DNA of 63,993 nucleotides, the filler included, from Octopus bimaculoides (lineage: Eukaryota), in assembly GCF_001194135.2 (NCBI RefSeq). It is 8 parts of 5 records of this genome, joined end to end, with 100 filler letters (N's around TTAATTAATTAA, not from the genome) between each part and the next. Parts side by side here need not be neighbours in the genome. Positions count along the whole stretch, not along the records: positions 1 to 3,496 come from NW_026349260.1; positions 3,597 to 15,423 come from NC_068982.1; 6 more parts are not named here. One strand, 5' to 3'. The position numbers were made by a program, and so were the translations under genes. Each line of letters begins with the position of its first letter. Positions within the stretch are counted from its first letter, which is position 1. This document shows, one piece after another, positions 1 to 12,856 of this stretch. The notes beneath the pieces are model-generated. The model ran no database searches and was not told where the DNA came from. It saw nothing but the letters and a program-made list of their open reading frames with translations.

Positions 1-1400
1 GGGTAAAAAATTGTTATTGAATGACCATCTGTTAGCGCTGTTTAAAAATTACGTGCTTGTTCCATCAAGGATTTTCATTTCAATCTCTCCTGATGTTAAG
101 TCAATTGTTGCGGAAGTTCGATGTGTTGAGGGGCATTCCATTCGGACTGGGATGGAAATATACCGTCCTTCCATACACGTTCGACCTGAGTAATATGTTG
201 CCGCACACATAGGAAGTTTTCGGTGGACGGTACCATAGAGGAGGTGTACTGTCACATAAAGAGAACATATATTAGCAAGGACACTGTAGTGGGCTTTGAA
301 CTCGGGGCTTGGGAAGGGAAGTGTAAATGGTTGAACTGCATGTGTAGGTGTACCAAATGCTCGATCAAAGGGATTAGGATTTGGTTCGATCGAGATCATC
401 AGGGGAATAAAAACTGAAAAGGGTGGTCAGATTTAGGAACAGAGGGAGTAGTTCATAAAAGATTTTTTGGAGATGGCTGACAATTACATTTCTTTGGTAG
501 TGTATTTCCAACGTATATGGTTCCAAAAAGTAGGTATGTGGGTAACTAGGGAGATGGATGCAAACTGCAAGCTGAAACGTTGGTTCTTTCGTTTCGTGTA
601 GATGGGATGGGCTTCATTGTTAAGCAATGTGCTCATCAGCCACCTCTGACTCATGGCGAGGTTAGTGACAAATAATCACGTGCTTGGCACTCCGTCGGTT
701 ACGAAGACGAGTATTCCAGTTGATACAATCAACCGAGCAGCCTGCTCATGAAATTAACGTGCATGTGGCTGAACATTCCACAGTCACGCGCATCTTTAAC
801 GTAGTTCTCAGGGAGATTCAGCGTAACACACTGAATATGAGCTGGCCCTTTGAAATACACGCACGTCTCATTTCTGCCAGCTGAGTTGATTGGAGCAACG
901 TAAAATGAAGTATCTTGCTCAAGGACGCAACGCATCGCCAGGAATTGAATTCACGACCATGCGATCGGGAACCGAATGCCCTAACCACTAAGCCACGCGC
1001 CTTCATAATCACGTGCTGAGATTGCAATACGTGCAGAGACACCTGGATGATGACGTCGGTGGGTGACTGAAGATCTCGTTCGAGAAAAGCTGACTAAGTT
1101 TTAGAACTTGGCCAGATGATGCGGTTGGCTGAACAGATAGAGGGTTAGCGACAGGTATGAGTGACGATGACCTGGGGATCGATTCTGAGGCATCGACGAA
1201 CACTGTTTGAGTAGATTTTTAGGTCAGGGAATGAAACATTTCTCAACTTCTTTTGTTTAGCAGTGCTGCAGTGAGAAGTTCTGCCTATATTCCACAGCCA
1301 TGGCTATATGTGTAGAGCCTGTAGTAACCAAACCTGTCTGAGTTGAATGCAGGGAAACAAATTTATCCGAGACAAACACGTTCAGTATCTGTTCAATGCT
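1..1400 (-). mobile_element. Degenerate Penelope-like retroelement remnant, interrupted by a SINE
   Basis: Broken-frame peptides such as KPTTVSLL..FLCVRQH weakly resemble the PLE RT thumb (KPTDSH..FLRLRR); many stops. Confidence 0.3.
685..1004 (-). mobile_element. tRNA-derived SINE (family C) with 13-bp TSD
   Basis: Head ggcgcgtggcttagtggttagggc..gtgaattcaattcc (A/B boxes); TSD ataatcacgtgct at 672-684 and 1005-1017. Related copies at about 6985-7210 and 10100-10290. Confidence 0.85.
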
Positions 1401-1437
1401 GATTTATGGGTTTATGTTGAATAGATGAGGGAGGAAA

Positions 1438-1650
1438 GGTGACGAGTTAGCAGAATCGTTAGCACGCCGGACAAAGTGCCTAGTAGCATTTCTTTCATCT
1501 TAAAGTTTTGATTCCTAATTCCGCCGAGGTTGACTTTGTCTTTCATCTTTTCGGGGTCGACAAAATAAGTACCAGTTGAACACTGGGTCGATGTAATCGA
1601 CTTACCCTCTTCCCCGAAATTATTGGCATTGTACCAACATTTGAAACCAA
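1438..1650 (+). mobile_element. SINE family A (Meta-domain-like core), diverged copy
   Basis: Core ctttcatcttttcggggtcgacaaaataagtaccag preceded by a tRNA-like head. Confidence 0.75.
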
Positions 1651-1924
1651 TATATGAGGGAGGGAACTGATTACCAGTCAAGGATGTGAGACGTTTTGGC
1701 ACAGTTGTTTTGGCGCGGCTGTTTTGACATCGTTAATTCAACGTTGACTTATTCGACCTCAAGCATATTAATGTTTCTCTCGTTTTAATGTGTTTTATAG
1801 TTCTCACTCACTCACTCACTACTCACTCTCTCTCTCTCTATTTATGTGTGTGCATATTTCTCTTTATGTGTATGAGGAGAGGGTAAATGTTTATACCGAC
1901 GATGTTTAATTAATAAATTGTAAC

Positions 1925-1977
<53 letters not shown>

Positions 1978-2751
1978 CACTCGCTATCTTTCTCTCGTGC
2001 TCTCTATTTGTAGGTGTATATTCTACACGTGCGCGTGCCCATGCACGTGCTTACCTCCAGTGCCAAAATGTACTGTCTCCAAACAGGTTCCATGTTTAAT
2101 CAATCATACCGAATTGCTAACGTCCAAACAACAGCGCCCAGTCCTCCCATCCCGACTAGTCGATCGATCTATAATGAACATTGACCTACTTTTGGNNNNN
2201 NNNNNNNNNNNNNNNNNNNNNNNNNNNNNNNNNNNNNNNNNNNNNNNNNNNNNNNNNNNNNNNNNNNNNNNNNNNNNNNNNNNNNNNNNNNNNNNNNNNN
2301 NNNNNNNNNNNNNNNNNNNNNNNNNNNNNNNNNNNNNNNNNNNNNNNNNNNNNNNNNNNNNNNNNNNNNNNNNNNNNNNNNNNNNNNNNNNNNNNNNNNN
2401 NNNNNNNNNNNNNNNNNNNNNNNNNNNNNNNNNNNNNNNNNNNNNNNNNNNNNNNNNNNNNNNNNNNNNNNNNNNNNNNNNNNNNNNNNNNNNNNNNNNN
2501 NNNNNNNNNNNNNNNNNNNNNNNNNNNNNNNNNNNNNNNNNNNNNNNNNNNNNNNNNNNNNNNNNNNNNNNNNNNNNNNNNNNNNNNNNNNNNNNNNNNN
2601 NNNNNNNNNNNNNNNNNNNNNNNNNNNNNNNNNNNNNNNNNNNNNNNNNNNNNNNNNNNNNNNNNNNNNNNNNNNNNNNNNNNNNNNNNNNNNNNNNNNN
2701 NNNNNNNNNNNNNNNNNNNNNNNNNNNNNNNNGTTCCAGGCTTTAAAAAGT

Positions 2752-3062
2752 GTGGAGGCACATGGCCTATTGGTTAGAGCATCGGACTCGCATTCGAGGG
2801 ATCGTGGGTTTGAATCTCAGACCTGGAGATGTGTGTGTTTATGAGCGAAACACCTAAGCTCCACGCAACTCCGGCAGAAGGTAATGGCGAACTTCTGCTG
2901 ACTCTTTCGCCACAACTTTCACTCTTTTCTCCTGCATCTAGCAGCTCACCTGTGATGGCCCAGCATTCCATCCAGGTGGGGGACCTATACGCCAATGAAA
3001 CCGGGAAACCGGCCCTTACGAACCAAGCATGGCTCGAGATGGAACAAACAATAGCAACAACT
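2752..3062 (+). mobile_element. tRNA-derived SINE (family D)
   Basis: Head tggcctattggttagagc..gggtttgaatctc (A/B boxes) with an (aac)-type tail, followed by the 3' end of a family B SINE (3063-3155). Confidence 0.7.
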
Positions 3063-3179
3063 TTAAAAAAATTACTGGGGTCGATTCCTTCGACTAAAAA
3101 TATTTCAAGGCGGTGCTCTAGCATGGCCGCAGTCTAATGACTGAACCAAATAAAAAATTTTTAAGAATCATAAATGGTC

Positions 3180-3450
3180 ACCTGGTCTTTGCTCTTCATT
3201 CATACAGTCATAAATATTCCAGCTTTCTGGTCAACAACTGACAAGGACGTTCGGCTGAAGTCCTCCATACATTGAATCTTTCTCATTTTTCTGTCTAACG
3301 TATCTATTATAGCTTTCGTTCAGTTCCGTATTTCAGCACTATAACACATGTCAACAACCTCCCATGTGTTGATCGCATTTGTTAAATTCCTTGAATTAAG
3401 TTCAGACTTCAGTAGAAGCTTTAATCATTTCAAATATGTCATTTTCGCTG
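3180..3450 (-). mobile_element. R4/Dong-type (RLE) LINE fragment
   Basis: Translates to LLKSELNSRNLTNAINTW..TLDRKMRK, homologous to the 20985-21560 fragment. Confidence 0.7.
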
Positions 3451-3496
3451 TTTATTATTATTATTATTGTTCAGTAGTTTTATTTTTATAACGTGC

Positions 3497-3596
3497 NNNN
3501 NNNNNNNNNNNNNNNNNNNNNNNNNNNNNNNNNNNNNNNNTTAATTAATTAANNNNNNNNNNNNNNNNNNNNNNNNNNNNNNNNNNNNNNNNNNNN
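3497..3596. other. Assembly gap marker 44N-TTAATTAATTAA-44N (also at 15468, 31923, 37863, 44141, 50501, 60063)
   Basis: The identical 100-bp construct occurs seven times; the 12-mer has stop codons in all six frames. Confidence 0.95.
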
Positions 3597-3636
<40 letters not shown>

Positions 3637-3758
3637 CGCATCTGTCGTTCTCATGAGTCACTGCTGCTATGTTTATCGTCAAAACGAAAGTATCAGATCG
3701 ATCTCCACAAACACAATAAATAGGTAATTTAATTAATTAGTTGGTTAATTCTACTTAC

Positions 3759-3848
3759 AATCTATGTTAAATAACATGGCGAAGTTTGATAGATTCTTCG
3801 ATGTCTGTATCAATTGGTAACGTGAGCGTTCGATCTTGGAATACAATT
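3759..3848 (-). CDS. Candidate third exon of the lectin-CUB gene (ELYSKIERSRYQLIQTSKNLSNFAMLFNID)
   Basis: 90 bp, phase 1-1, open frame, GTAAGT donor at 3758 and a pyrimidine tract upstream. A competing AAG acceptor 7 nt upstream would give a stop, and no homology was recognised. Confidence 0.3.
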
Positions 3849-4559
3849 CTGCTCGCTTGAAAGGGGAACAGGAAACCTTAATCGTTGTTTCGATCGATGA
3901 ATTAACTGCACAAATTTGTTTGAAAGGAAATATGTCAAGAATTTAATATGAAATTATGACATGTAAAATACATTTTTATTGGGGAAAATATGACATAACA
4001 TACAGAACAAAACAAAATTAAACATATCAACTCAAAAATCACCATCAAATATGTTTGTGTGTGTTTAATAAAAGTGTAATTTAGTCTGAGGGTGAAAAGT
4101 AAAAGTGGTAACAAAGCTATTGATTTTTCTCCCTTTGGCCAGAAAAAAAAAATCGATTTGATACTTGTAGTTTTATTACTTTTATCCTAAAACATTATTT
4201 TTGCGGAACTTGCCCTTCCTTTTATGTTCTTTGCTTTTTTTTCTTGACGAACGACCGCAGACCGAAACGTTGAACTGTCTTCTATTTCTTGCTTACAGTT
4301 TAAAATTAGATACGTCGTATTTTCGATTCATTCTGTTTAGGATATCATTACCAAACGCTGGCACAGACATACCTCCCGATTTATTTGTAGTTTCAACGTT
4401 TATTAACAACTCACCAGTAACTGTTATTTATAGTGTACAGAAATTCGTACAGAAATTAATTATCTACCAAATACGCATTCCGTTAATTAACTAATGGCAA
4501 TGAGAATTTATAAATTAATATATGTACGTATGTATGGGTGTATTTTTATTTGATTACTG

Positions 4560-4880
4560 TTGTCCAATCGTGACCGAGGAAGACCATCACTGACCATTGT
4601 CCATGCGTAAGGTTATTGCACCAGCAGTCGGCTTTACCCAAGTTCGGGTCCGCAGCTTCCCTGCTCGCCGCAGCGCCCTCCTACTTGAGGTCCAATATGA
4701 TTTGCAGACCCAAGAATGTGGGATCACCATCATCTCAAGCACAAGAAAAAAGATCCATTCCCTGCATTTCTGGTCTTATATCAGAGTGACCTTCTAGAGA
4801 TATTACTTTAATAAAAGCTAAGAGATCCCTCATTCCCACTAGTCTTCCAGCACGCCGAACACCAACCCGGAAATTCTGCA
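4560..4880 (-). mobile_element. Possible RTE-like LINE 3' remnant
   Basis: RRAGKLRTRTWV resembles the RTE C-terminal RRxGRPRxxW motif; degenerate. Confidence 0.3.
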
Positions 4881-5141
4881 ACACTGTGCATGTATATGCA
4901 TATGTGTATATATATNNNNNNNNNNNNNNNNNNNNNNNNNNNNNNNNNNNNNNNNNNNNNNNNNNNNNNNNNNNNNNNNNNNNNNNNNNNNNNNNNNNNN
5001 NNNNNNNNNNNNNNNNNNNNNNNNNNNNNNNNNNNNNNNNNNNNNNNNNNNNNNNNNNNNNNNNNNNNNNNNNNNNNNNNNNNNNNNNNNNNNNNNNNNN
5101 NNNNNNNNNNNNNNNNNNNNNNNNNNNNNNNNNNNNNNNNN

Positions 5142-5191
<50 letters not shown>

Positions 5192-5259
5192 CTGTGTGTG
5201 TGTGTGTATAAATTCATACATTTATCTCTTTTTTCTATATTTTTCCTCTTTTAGCTTAA

Positions 5260-6136
5260 ACCTTCCACCAAATACAAAACGTTGCTCATTACAAAGTAAT
5301 TTTGTAATACACTTGCACCACCCACACATCATTCCCACCTTCCATATTTTTCTCTCATTTGCTTCACCAGCATCATCTTTTTGTTTTCACGCTTGCATCC
5401 GCTCTCATCTCTTCACATTCACGATTTCATAGCAATTGTGTACTTAACCTTTAAACCCACACACACACACTCATGCTTCAACATTCCACACACGTGCACT
5501 AACCTACGTCTCTATACTTCTACACTTGCACACATCTACACACATACACATCACACTAAAATACACACACCGTTTCCCCTTATACCCGACTCCAGACACA
5601 GGTACACCCCTCGAACATGCATTTATACACCTACCCTTCCTTCCTTTCTTAACTCTTCCCCACCTATCAGCATTATCTCCTGGTTTCTAACTTTTCATCC
5701 GTTTCTTTTCTTACTAACCATTTCTCTTTCTCTCTCCTCTACGCTTTTCGCTTATGATGAAGGATTAATGTCCGAAACGTTATAACTTTCTTTAAACATA
5801 AACAATATGAGAGGTCACTCTATGGATCCCTTGTATGCTAAAAATAGATGTCAAACCGTCTTACCACTAAATCTGTGTTCGCAACTTACTGACACACGCG
5901 ATGTTTACGAGCTAGACAAATGAAAAGAAATAAACATAGCACTTAATTAAATGCTATGTTTATTTCTTTTCATTTCTTTTCATTTGTCTAGCTCGTAAAC
6001 ATCGCGTGTGTTAGTAAGTTGAGAACACAGATTTAGTGGTAAGATGGTTTGACGTCTATTTTTAGCATACAAGGGATCCATATAGTGACCTCTCATATTG
6101 TTTATGTTTAAAGAAAGTTATAACGTTTCGGACATT
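5260..6136 (+). mobile_element. Penelope-like 3' end/pseudo-LTR with an inverted partial copy
   Basis: A CA/CT-rich tail leads to a hammerhead-like motif (5751-5785). The downstream ~170 bp is repeated in inverted orientation up to 6136. Confidence 0.55.
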
Positions 6137-6407
6137 TTTAAGCATGCTGACCACTAGTTGAAATTGATATTATTTAATAATATTAATTTCTACTCTTGTT
6201 ATAACTTTCTTTGTTCCCATTAAAGCGTTACACTCAATACCTTATTTATTGAACTTTGTTCTTCTTGTGTCGGCCTTTTTTTATTGTTCATCATATTTAT
6301 ACTAATTATCTATGTGTATATGCGTGTGTGTATACATAGATAACGATCTTGTCAAAACGTTAAACTAAACCAGAGCATATATATAAGTGTTTAATCTGAC
6401 TACTTAC

Positions 6408-6767
6408 CTACAAAGTAGAAAGCAAATTCTCTTTGGGGTAAATACCATAAACTGATGCCAGGTTTTGTGCCGTCCGCTACATAGATTGTATCGAGACCCT
6501 TCAAATTCATTTCATACGTAATATTTTTCATTGGGTAATTTGTCGTATCGGATTCATCAAAAACAAACAAGGATTGTGGGTAATTAATTTCTGCATTAAG
6601 AGCTTTCAATTCGATCCGGTGGTTTACAAGACCTGTTGTCTGGATATTGCACCTGCATGCCCCCTTCTTCAGGTAAGGGTATCCGGGAGATTTTAGATAA
6701 ATTGGTTTACCCTGGCGAGATATAATTTCTGGACCAGTCGGAGAACATACTTCCATGATGTCGTTTT
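6408..6767 (-). CDS. Internal coding exon, CUB-like domain (120 codons, phase 1-1)
   Basis: Acceptor tttctttccgcAG (6769-6768) and consensus donor GTAAGT starting at 6407; 360 bp, phase-compatible with the upstream exon. The peptide EVCSPTG..IYLKSPGYP..CRCNI matches the CUB N-terminal C...SPxYP...C motif. Confidence 0.8.
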
Positions 6768-7399
6768 CTGCGGAAAGAAAGAAAGATACATCAAGTTCAG
6801 AACGATGCTTTTGTTTTCACTTAAAGGGTCGCCATTTATTTTAATGGTTTGATATGAGAAAGGGAAAGAAAACATTGTGTCCATAGCTTCAGCAAGTTCT
6901 TCTCTACCGATAGTTAAGTCGAGCTGCTTACGTCCATCTGTACATTGCTGCAGGAAAACATAGATAAGTTCCTTCCCGAGTCATATAGACTCATAGGGCC
7001 GTTTTCCTGGTTTCAGTGCTGTATATATTCACCCCTGGACGGGACGCCAGTCCATCGCAGTGTTACTCATTTTTGCCAGCTGAGTGGACTGGAGCAACGA
7101 GAAATGAAGTGTTTTGCTCAAGAGCATAACGCATTGCATGGTCCAGGAATCGAAACTGCAATCTTACGATCATACGTTCAACGCCCTAACCATTAAGCAC
7201 ACGTCTCCACAAAGAAAAAAATATAGGAAGGAATTCCAGAGAGAGAAAACTCAGCAGGGGTTGGGTTGAGAATGGGGTTAGAAGAGAATGGACACAATAT
7301 GGGCGACGAGAGGCGTGAGTCAAGGGCAACAAAAAGTGTGAGTCAAGTGAATCAAAAAGAACTGAATGGAACTGGTTCGAGATCAGTAAGGTCTTTATG

Positions 7400-7568
<169 letters not shown>

Positions 7569-7624
7569 GACACCCTATCCCCCCTTCTCGCATATATGTG
7601 TATGTGCGTGCGTGTGTGTTTTTG

Positions 7625-7830
7625 TCTCCCCAACATCGCTTGACAACCGATGCAGGTGTATTTACGTCCCCGTAACTTAGCGGTTCGGCAAAAGAGACCG
7701 ATAGAATAAGTACTAGGTTAACAAAGAATAAGTCCTGCGGTCGATTTGCTCGACTAAAGGCGGTGCTCCAGCTTGGCCGCGGTCAAATGACTGAAACAAA
7801 TAAAAGAATAATAGAATAAAAGAATAAAAT
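7625..7830 (+). mobile_element. SINE family B, 3' half (CpGs intact)
   Basis: ttgacaaccgatgc..ggcggtgctccagc..aaatgactgaaacaaataaaagaata; the motif recurs across the window. Confidence 0.85.
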
Positions 7831-7851
7831 AGAAGCCGAAATCCTACATAC

Positions 7852-8214
7852 TTTTTGCGCACAGATATTCTGCAGTCATGTACTGTGTGGTCATGCCAAA
7901 CCTTGAAGTGGGACATTTATCAATATTTAAGGCCCAGTCTACAATAAACCAGCATTGGGATTTTCCGTGACATTTTCGGAATTTCTCGTCCGTCGCAGTT
8001 AAGGGTTGACCATAATCAAAGTAACAATCATTCTCGGAATCCCATTGACAACAGAAGTTTGTGTCCGATTTCGATTCCGTGCAGTTCGTTTGGAGCTGTT
8101 TACTTCCAAGTTTCAAAGAATTCAGGACGACTTCTTCGTTGTGGTTTTGGCATTCTATTTCTAGGAGATGCGTGTTGATGCCGTAACATTGGGTGACGTT
8201 CAAGAATGGATTCC
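7852..8214 (-). CDS. Internal coding exon, divergent SUEL/galactose-rhamnose-binding-lectin-like domain (121 codons, phase 1-1)
   Basis: Acceptor ttttccttttcacAG (AG at 8216-8215) and donor GTATGT starting at 7851; 363 bp, open frame. The peptide NVTQCYG..LEIEC..VVLNSLKLG..C..CC..C..KCHGKSQC..C..YMTAEYLC has SUEL-type Cys spacing and the C-x-G-x-x-x-C and Y-x-x-x-x-Y-x-C motifs. Confidence 0.8.
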
Positions 8215-8437
8215 CTGTGAAAAGGAAAAATTGATAGAAAACATTACAGAAAATCACGTTTAGTTTTTCGTGAACGTTAATATAAAGGTGACGAAATTTC
8301 TTGTTAATTATTCTCAGCATTTGTTATCTACGTAAATATACAGACATGTGTCAATATTGATCTTGATTACGGACAGAGGTAGGATCGATAAGGGTTAACA
8401 CCTCTCATTAATAATAAGAAGAAGAAGAAGAAGAAGA

Positions 8438-8630
8438 GACGAACAAGGACAGACAAAGGGATTAAGTCGATCACATCGATCCCAGTGCGCAACTGGTACT
8501 TAATTTATCGATCCCGAAAGGATGAAAGGCAAAGTTGACCTCGGTGGAATTTGAACTCAGAACATAAAGACAGACGAAATACCGCTAAGCATTTCGTCCG
8601 GCGTGCTAACGTTTCTGCCAGCTCGCCGCT
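8438..8630 (-). mobile_element. SINE family A
   Basis: About 90% similar by eye to 56834-57066 in reverse complement. Confidence 0.9.
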
Positions 8631-9089
8631 TTTCATCTCTCCAGAATTGATATAATAAAGTACCAGTCAAGTACGTGGGTCGGAATGTTCTCTATCCTTG
8701 AAATTTCTAGTCTTTTGCCTAAATGAGAAACCATTGCTGTTGTGACTAATATTTTACATTTTTTAGTTCAAATCTCGCTGAGGTTGACATTATCTTTTAT
8801 CCTTTCAGGGTCGATAAAATAAGGTTAAATCTAATATAAGGTTAAGGTTAAATTGTTAGTAATTGAGTTAATGACCAGACAAGGAAATATATATTGAACG
8901 AGTTTTGCGTATAAAGGTGTAAACAAAGATTAGGGTGGATTAAGGGATTCTTATTGTGTGTACTCGTAATGTTTTAGATGAGGGTATATAATTAAAAATG
9001 GATTAAGCAGCTGTTTCTCGATATTTGTTTATTTAATCAGTTATTTATTTTGGCTAACGTAGTAGTTCTTTTATTTATTTATTTTTATT

Positions 9090-9446
9090 CTTTTTATTTG
9101 TTTCAGTCATTTGACTGCGGCCATTCTGGAGCACCGCCTTTAGTCGAACAAAAAGACAACCCTAGGACTTACTCTTTGTAGGAAACATAGAACTTATTCT
9201 ATCGGTCTCTTTTGCCGAACCGCTAGGTTAAGGCGACGTAAACACACCAGCGTCGGTTGGCAAGCGATGTTGATGGGGAGGGGACAAACACAAACGACTG
9301 GCTTCTTTCAGTTTCCGTCTACCAAATCCACTCATTTTTCTTTCCTTCCCTGAGCGTCTGCTGATACGTTACATGTAACACGTCCTCACGTTGTTGCTTT
9401 TTTGTGTTTGTTCTTAGTTTTTGAGGGGATTTACTACATAAATATA

Positions 9447-9492
<46 letters not shown>

Positions 9493-9600
9493 CATACACG
9501 ACAGGTTTCTTTCAGTTTCCGTCTACCAAATCGACTCACAAGTCTTTGGTCAGCCCTAGGGTATTGTAGTGGACAAATGGCCAAGGTTCCACTCAATCGG
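9090..9600 (-). mobile_element. SINE family B fragments interleaved with a Penelope-like tail and (TA)n
   Basis: Reverse complement of the family B tail and head segments (agtttccgtctaccaaatccactca). Confidence 0.75.
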
Positions 9601-9737
9601 ATAGCTAGCTAGCTAGTTAGCTAGCTAGTTAGCTAGCTAACTAAGATAGATAGGTAGATAGATAGATAGATAGATAGATAGACATTAATTTGTACACATT
9701 TATACACGCATACACACACATATACACAATGAGACGA

Positions 9738-9772
<35 letters not shown>

Positions 9773-11324
9773 GAGAACGCAAAAACTAATAAGTGGATCT
9801 GGGCTAAACAACAATAACAATAACCATATTGTTTAGGGAGAGGCGCTGCACCGTCAAGGTACGGAGCAACCAACCCAGTTGGCACTCATCTCCCAGCACC
9901 ATCAAATGCTAAAGCAAAGAGTGCGATGTACGATTCAGGCTGAATAACAGACAAGAAGGCGATCCTGGGTGAATAAATGTATATCTGAGAGACAGTCTTT
10001 GAGACGAATCAATTAAAAGTAATGTCTCGATTCCTAGGGCTCCTAGGATTGGTTACCACGTTTTCCGTGGAGCAATTGGACACGAGTTTGTCGAAGTGTT
10101 GTCCATATTTACAGTTGAGTGGACTGGAGTAACTTGAAATGAAATGTTTTGCTCAAGAACACAATGCATCGCCTGCTCCAGGGAACGAAACCTCAATCTT
10201 GCGATTGTGAACGGAATAGCTTAACCACATGGCTACGAGGCGATCGTGAGTGGAATCGCTTAACCATGATGCTACGAGGCCACGCGTCTTCACCGAATCA
10301 ATTAAAACCATTTGAAATATCGATCTTGAAAATGGTTTTAGGATTATTCGCATGGAATTACGGATATCGATGAATGGTATAAGTGAATCTAAGAGAGCAA
10401 TGCCTGATTCCTGTCAAGAGTCTTTGTTGTGCTGTGGTCTTAGGCACTCAAGACCATTCCCTGGCCATTACGATAAAAAGAAATTGCTTGTGGGGAATTA
10501 CTGTAACTAATGATAGTGATGTGGGTTAACGGTCAGGAAAAACTGGCCATTCTAAACTTTGTGATGCCTGAGGTTACTTCGACTCAAAGCTTGGAAGTGA
10601 ATAACGAAAGCATTTGAGTTTTTATAATTGTACAGCAACCATGAGGCCGTATTGATTTAGTTCTGAGTCTAGAACTTTTGAGATTAATTCGAGTGTTGCA
10701 GGATGTCTTTCTTGATGAGAGATTTTTTGGTTTGTATAACGAACTGAGACTAGATCTATGGACATAAATGTCGCGAGCTGTTTCCTGGGGCATAAAATTA
10801 AGAGTTGATCTCTTAGCATAGTGGATACATGCCATGTTTACAGTGGAAGAAAAACTGTTTCCGACCTTAGTCGGGAAAAGAATTTGAAGAGTAAATATCA
10901 CTTAGCAGTTTTGTGTGCGATTAAATAAAATAAATTTGAGCCGCTTTTGGTATTTTTTAAGAATTAGACGCTTGATTGGTTTAAAATGCTACAAAATAAT
11001 GGAAAAAACTTCTCCATTGACAAAACAGTCATTTATATGGAACGGTTGGTGAAGGGTTACGTAAAAAGACGACGAGGGACACAAAAGCTAAGCTTCGTTT
11101 CGTTAAAATCTCTGCAGCCCGTCTGGTGGATGCTGTAGCGAATGTTGCTGGCCATTCTCCGCGGCAACACCATTGCGGTCCTGTCCTCAGGGTGCGGCTG
11201 AACACGCCATTTGTTTTGGGATCTGTTCCCTCCCCACATCTTCTGCTTCTTAATCTACTCCGTTTTTCTCTTACTTTGTTTCCTTAGAATTATATTGTGA
11301 TTCAAATTTTAAATAAATAAAACT

Positions 11325-11565
11325 AACGTTTCTTATTTCTTTATTGCCCACAAGGGGCTAAACATAGAGGGGACAAACAAGGACAGACAAAGGGGCTAAG
11401 TCGATTACATCGAACCCAGTGTGTAACTGGTACTTAATTTATCGACCCCGAAAGGATGAAAGGCAAAGTCGACCTCGGCGGAATTTGAACTGAGAACGTA
11501 ACAGCAGACGAAATACCGCTAAGCATTTCGCCCGGTGTGCTAACGTTTCTGCCAGCTCACCGCCT
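11325..11565 (-). mobile_element. SINE family A, full length
   Basis: Head ggcggtgagctggcagaaacgttagc, B-box-like gttctcagttcaaattcc, Meta-like core, tail agccccttgtgggcaataaagaaataag. Confidence 0.9.
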
Positions 11566-12694
11566 TCAGCACTTTTAATAATGCGTGATGGAAGAATTTG
11601 CAGTTACGAAGAAGGAAAACTCTTGCATGGCAAGAATAAGCAATGGAGATTTTCGTTTTTGATTATTTCATATTCCAGATTGACTGTAGCACAAACAAAA
11701 TGAAACCAACATTGAATGAATCACATCCTATTGACGAACAAACCATGAAGGACAGCAGCAATTGTGTCGTGGAGAGACTATTGGCAGCACCAATTCTACT
11801 ATCAGTAGTCTCTTAAGATTTGTTAACTTTTAATTCAAAACTGCCAACTCATTTTTGAAACCCAAAACACGAAGGAAATCCTCAAGTGGATGCTATACAT
11901 AATAGTTTTAGATAAACGATACATAAAGACTCAAATATTTTTTCTTTCTTTTTTTATTCAGTGACTGTACACAGAGAAAGAAAGAAAGAAAATTTACTCC
12001 TGTAGTAAAACGAGATATAAAACAAGCTTTATTAAAGGATTAATATCACCAGATGTCACCTTAATGTTTTAAATAATGAAAACTTACGTCATTCAACCCT
12101 TTCTATGGACGTTTAACCAAGCATAATAATCCTCTTAAAGCAATCCCTCGTTGTTCCCTCAAGGGAGCAGCCATTTCATATTCTTTTGCGATAACGATCG
12201 TTGAATTTCGAAAAAATACTTTCACTTGGTTGTATTTATTTGGTGTGGGGAGGGGTATTTCCTGTTTGTAATGTCACTCATTCGCTGTCCATGTCGCCAA
12301 TCAAAAACTACGACCTTAATCCCATCTTTCGTGTACATGATTAGACATTTTTTGCAACTGTAGCAAACGTTACTCACTCGACAACTACCACGTCGATTCG
12401 CGTCCCACATTGTCACCTGACCTAGCAACGAGAGAACTCATTGTGTTTGTAATCTTTAATCTCCTAAGTAATTCCATTTAACTTCTTTAAGATCATCCTG
12501 ACCAGGAGTTTGGAGGGGGAGGGAACAAGCGGTCGTCGAAGACGTTCGTGAACAGATGTTATCAAAGAATGAACAGAAAAACTAGGGTCCGGCTGATTGT
12601 ATGCATGCAGCGCAATACCGAGGGGATTGGAGACTCTTTGCAAGCCCTGCTCAGAGGAAGGGCACCTGCCTGATGACTAATATGCATGCATGCA

Positions 12695-12728
<34 letters not shown>

Positions 12729-12746
12729 CATACATACATACATACA

Positions 12747-12778
<32 letters not shown>

Positions 12779-12808
12779 AATATACATACATACATATAAA
12801 TATACATT

Positions 12809-12856
<48 letters not shown>

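Noticed and set aside
3541-3552. Recurrent TTAATTAATTAA motif (7 copies)
   Set aside because: Always centred in an identical 44N+12+44N block, so it is an assembly gap linker and not biological.
11640-12400. Possible first or signal-peptide exon of the lectin-CUB gene (donor-like sites near 12085 and 12375)
   Set aside because: No phase-1 open frame with a hydrophobic signal peptide was found.
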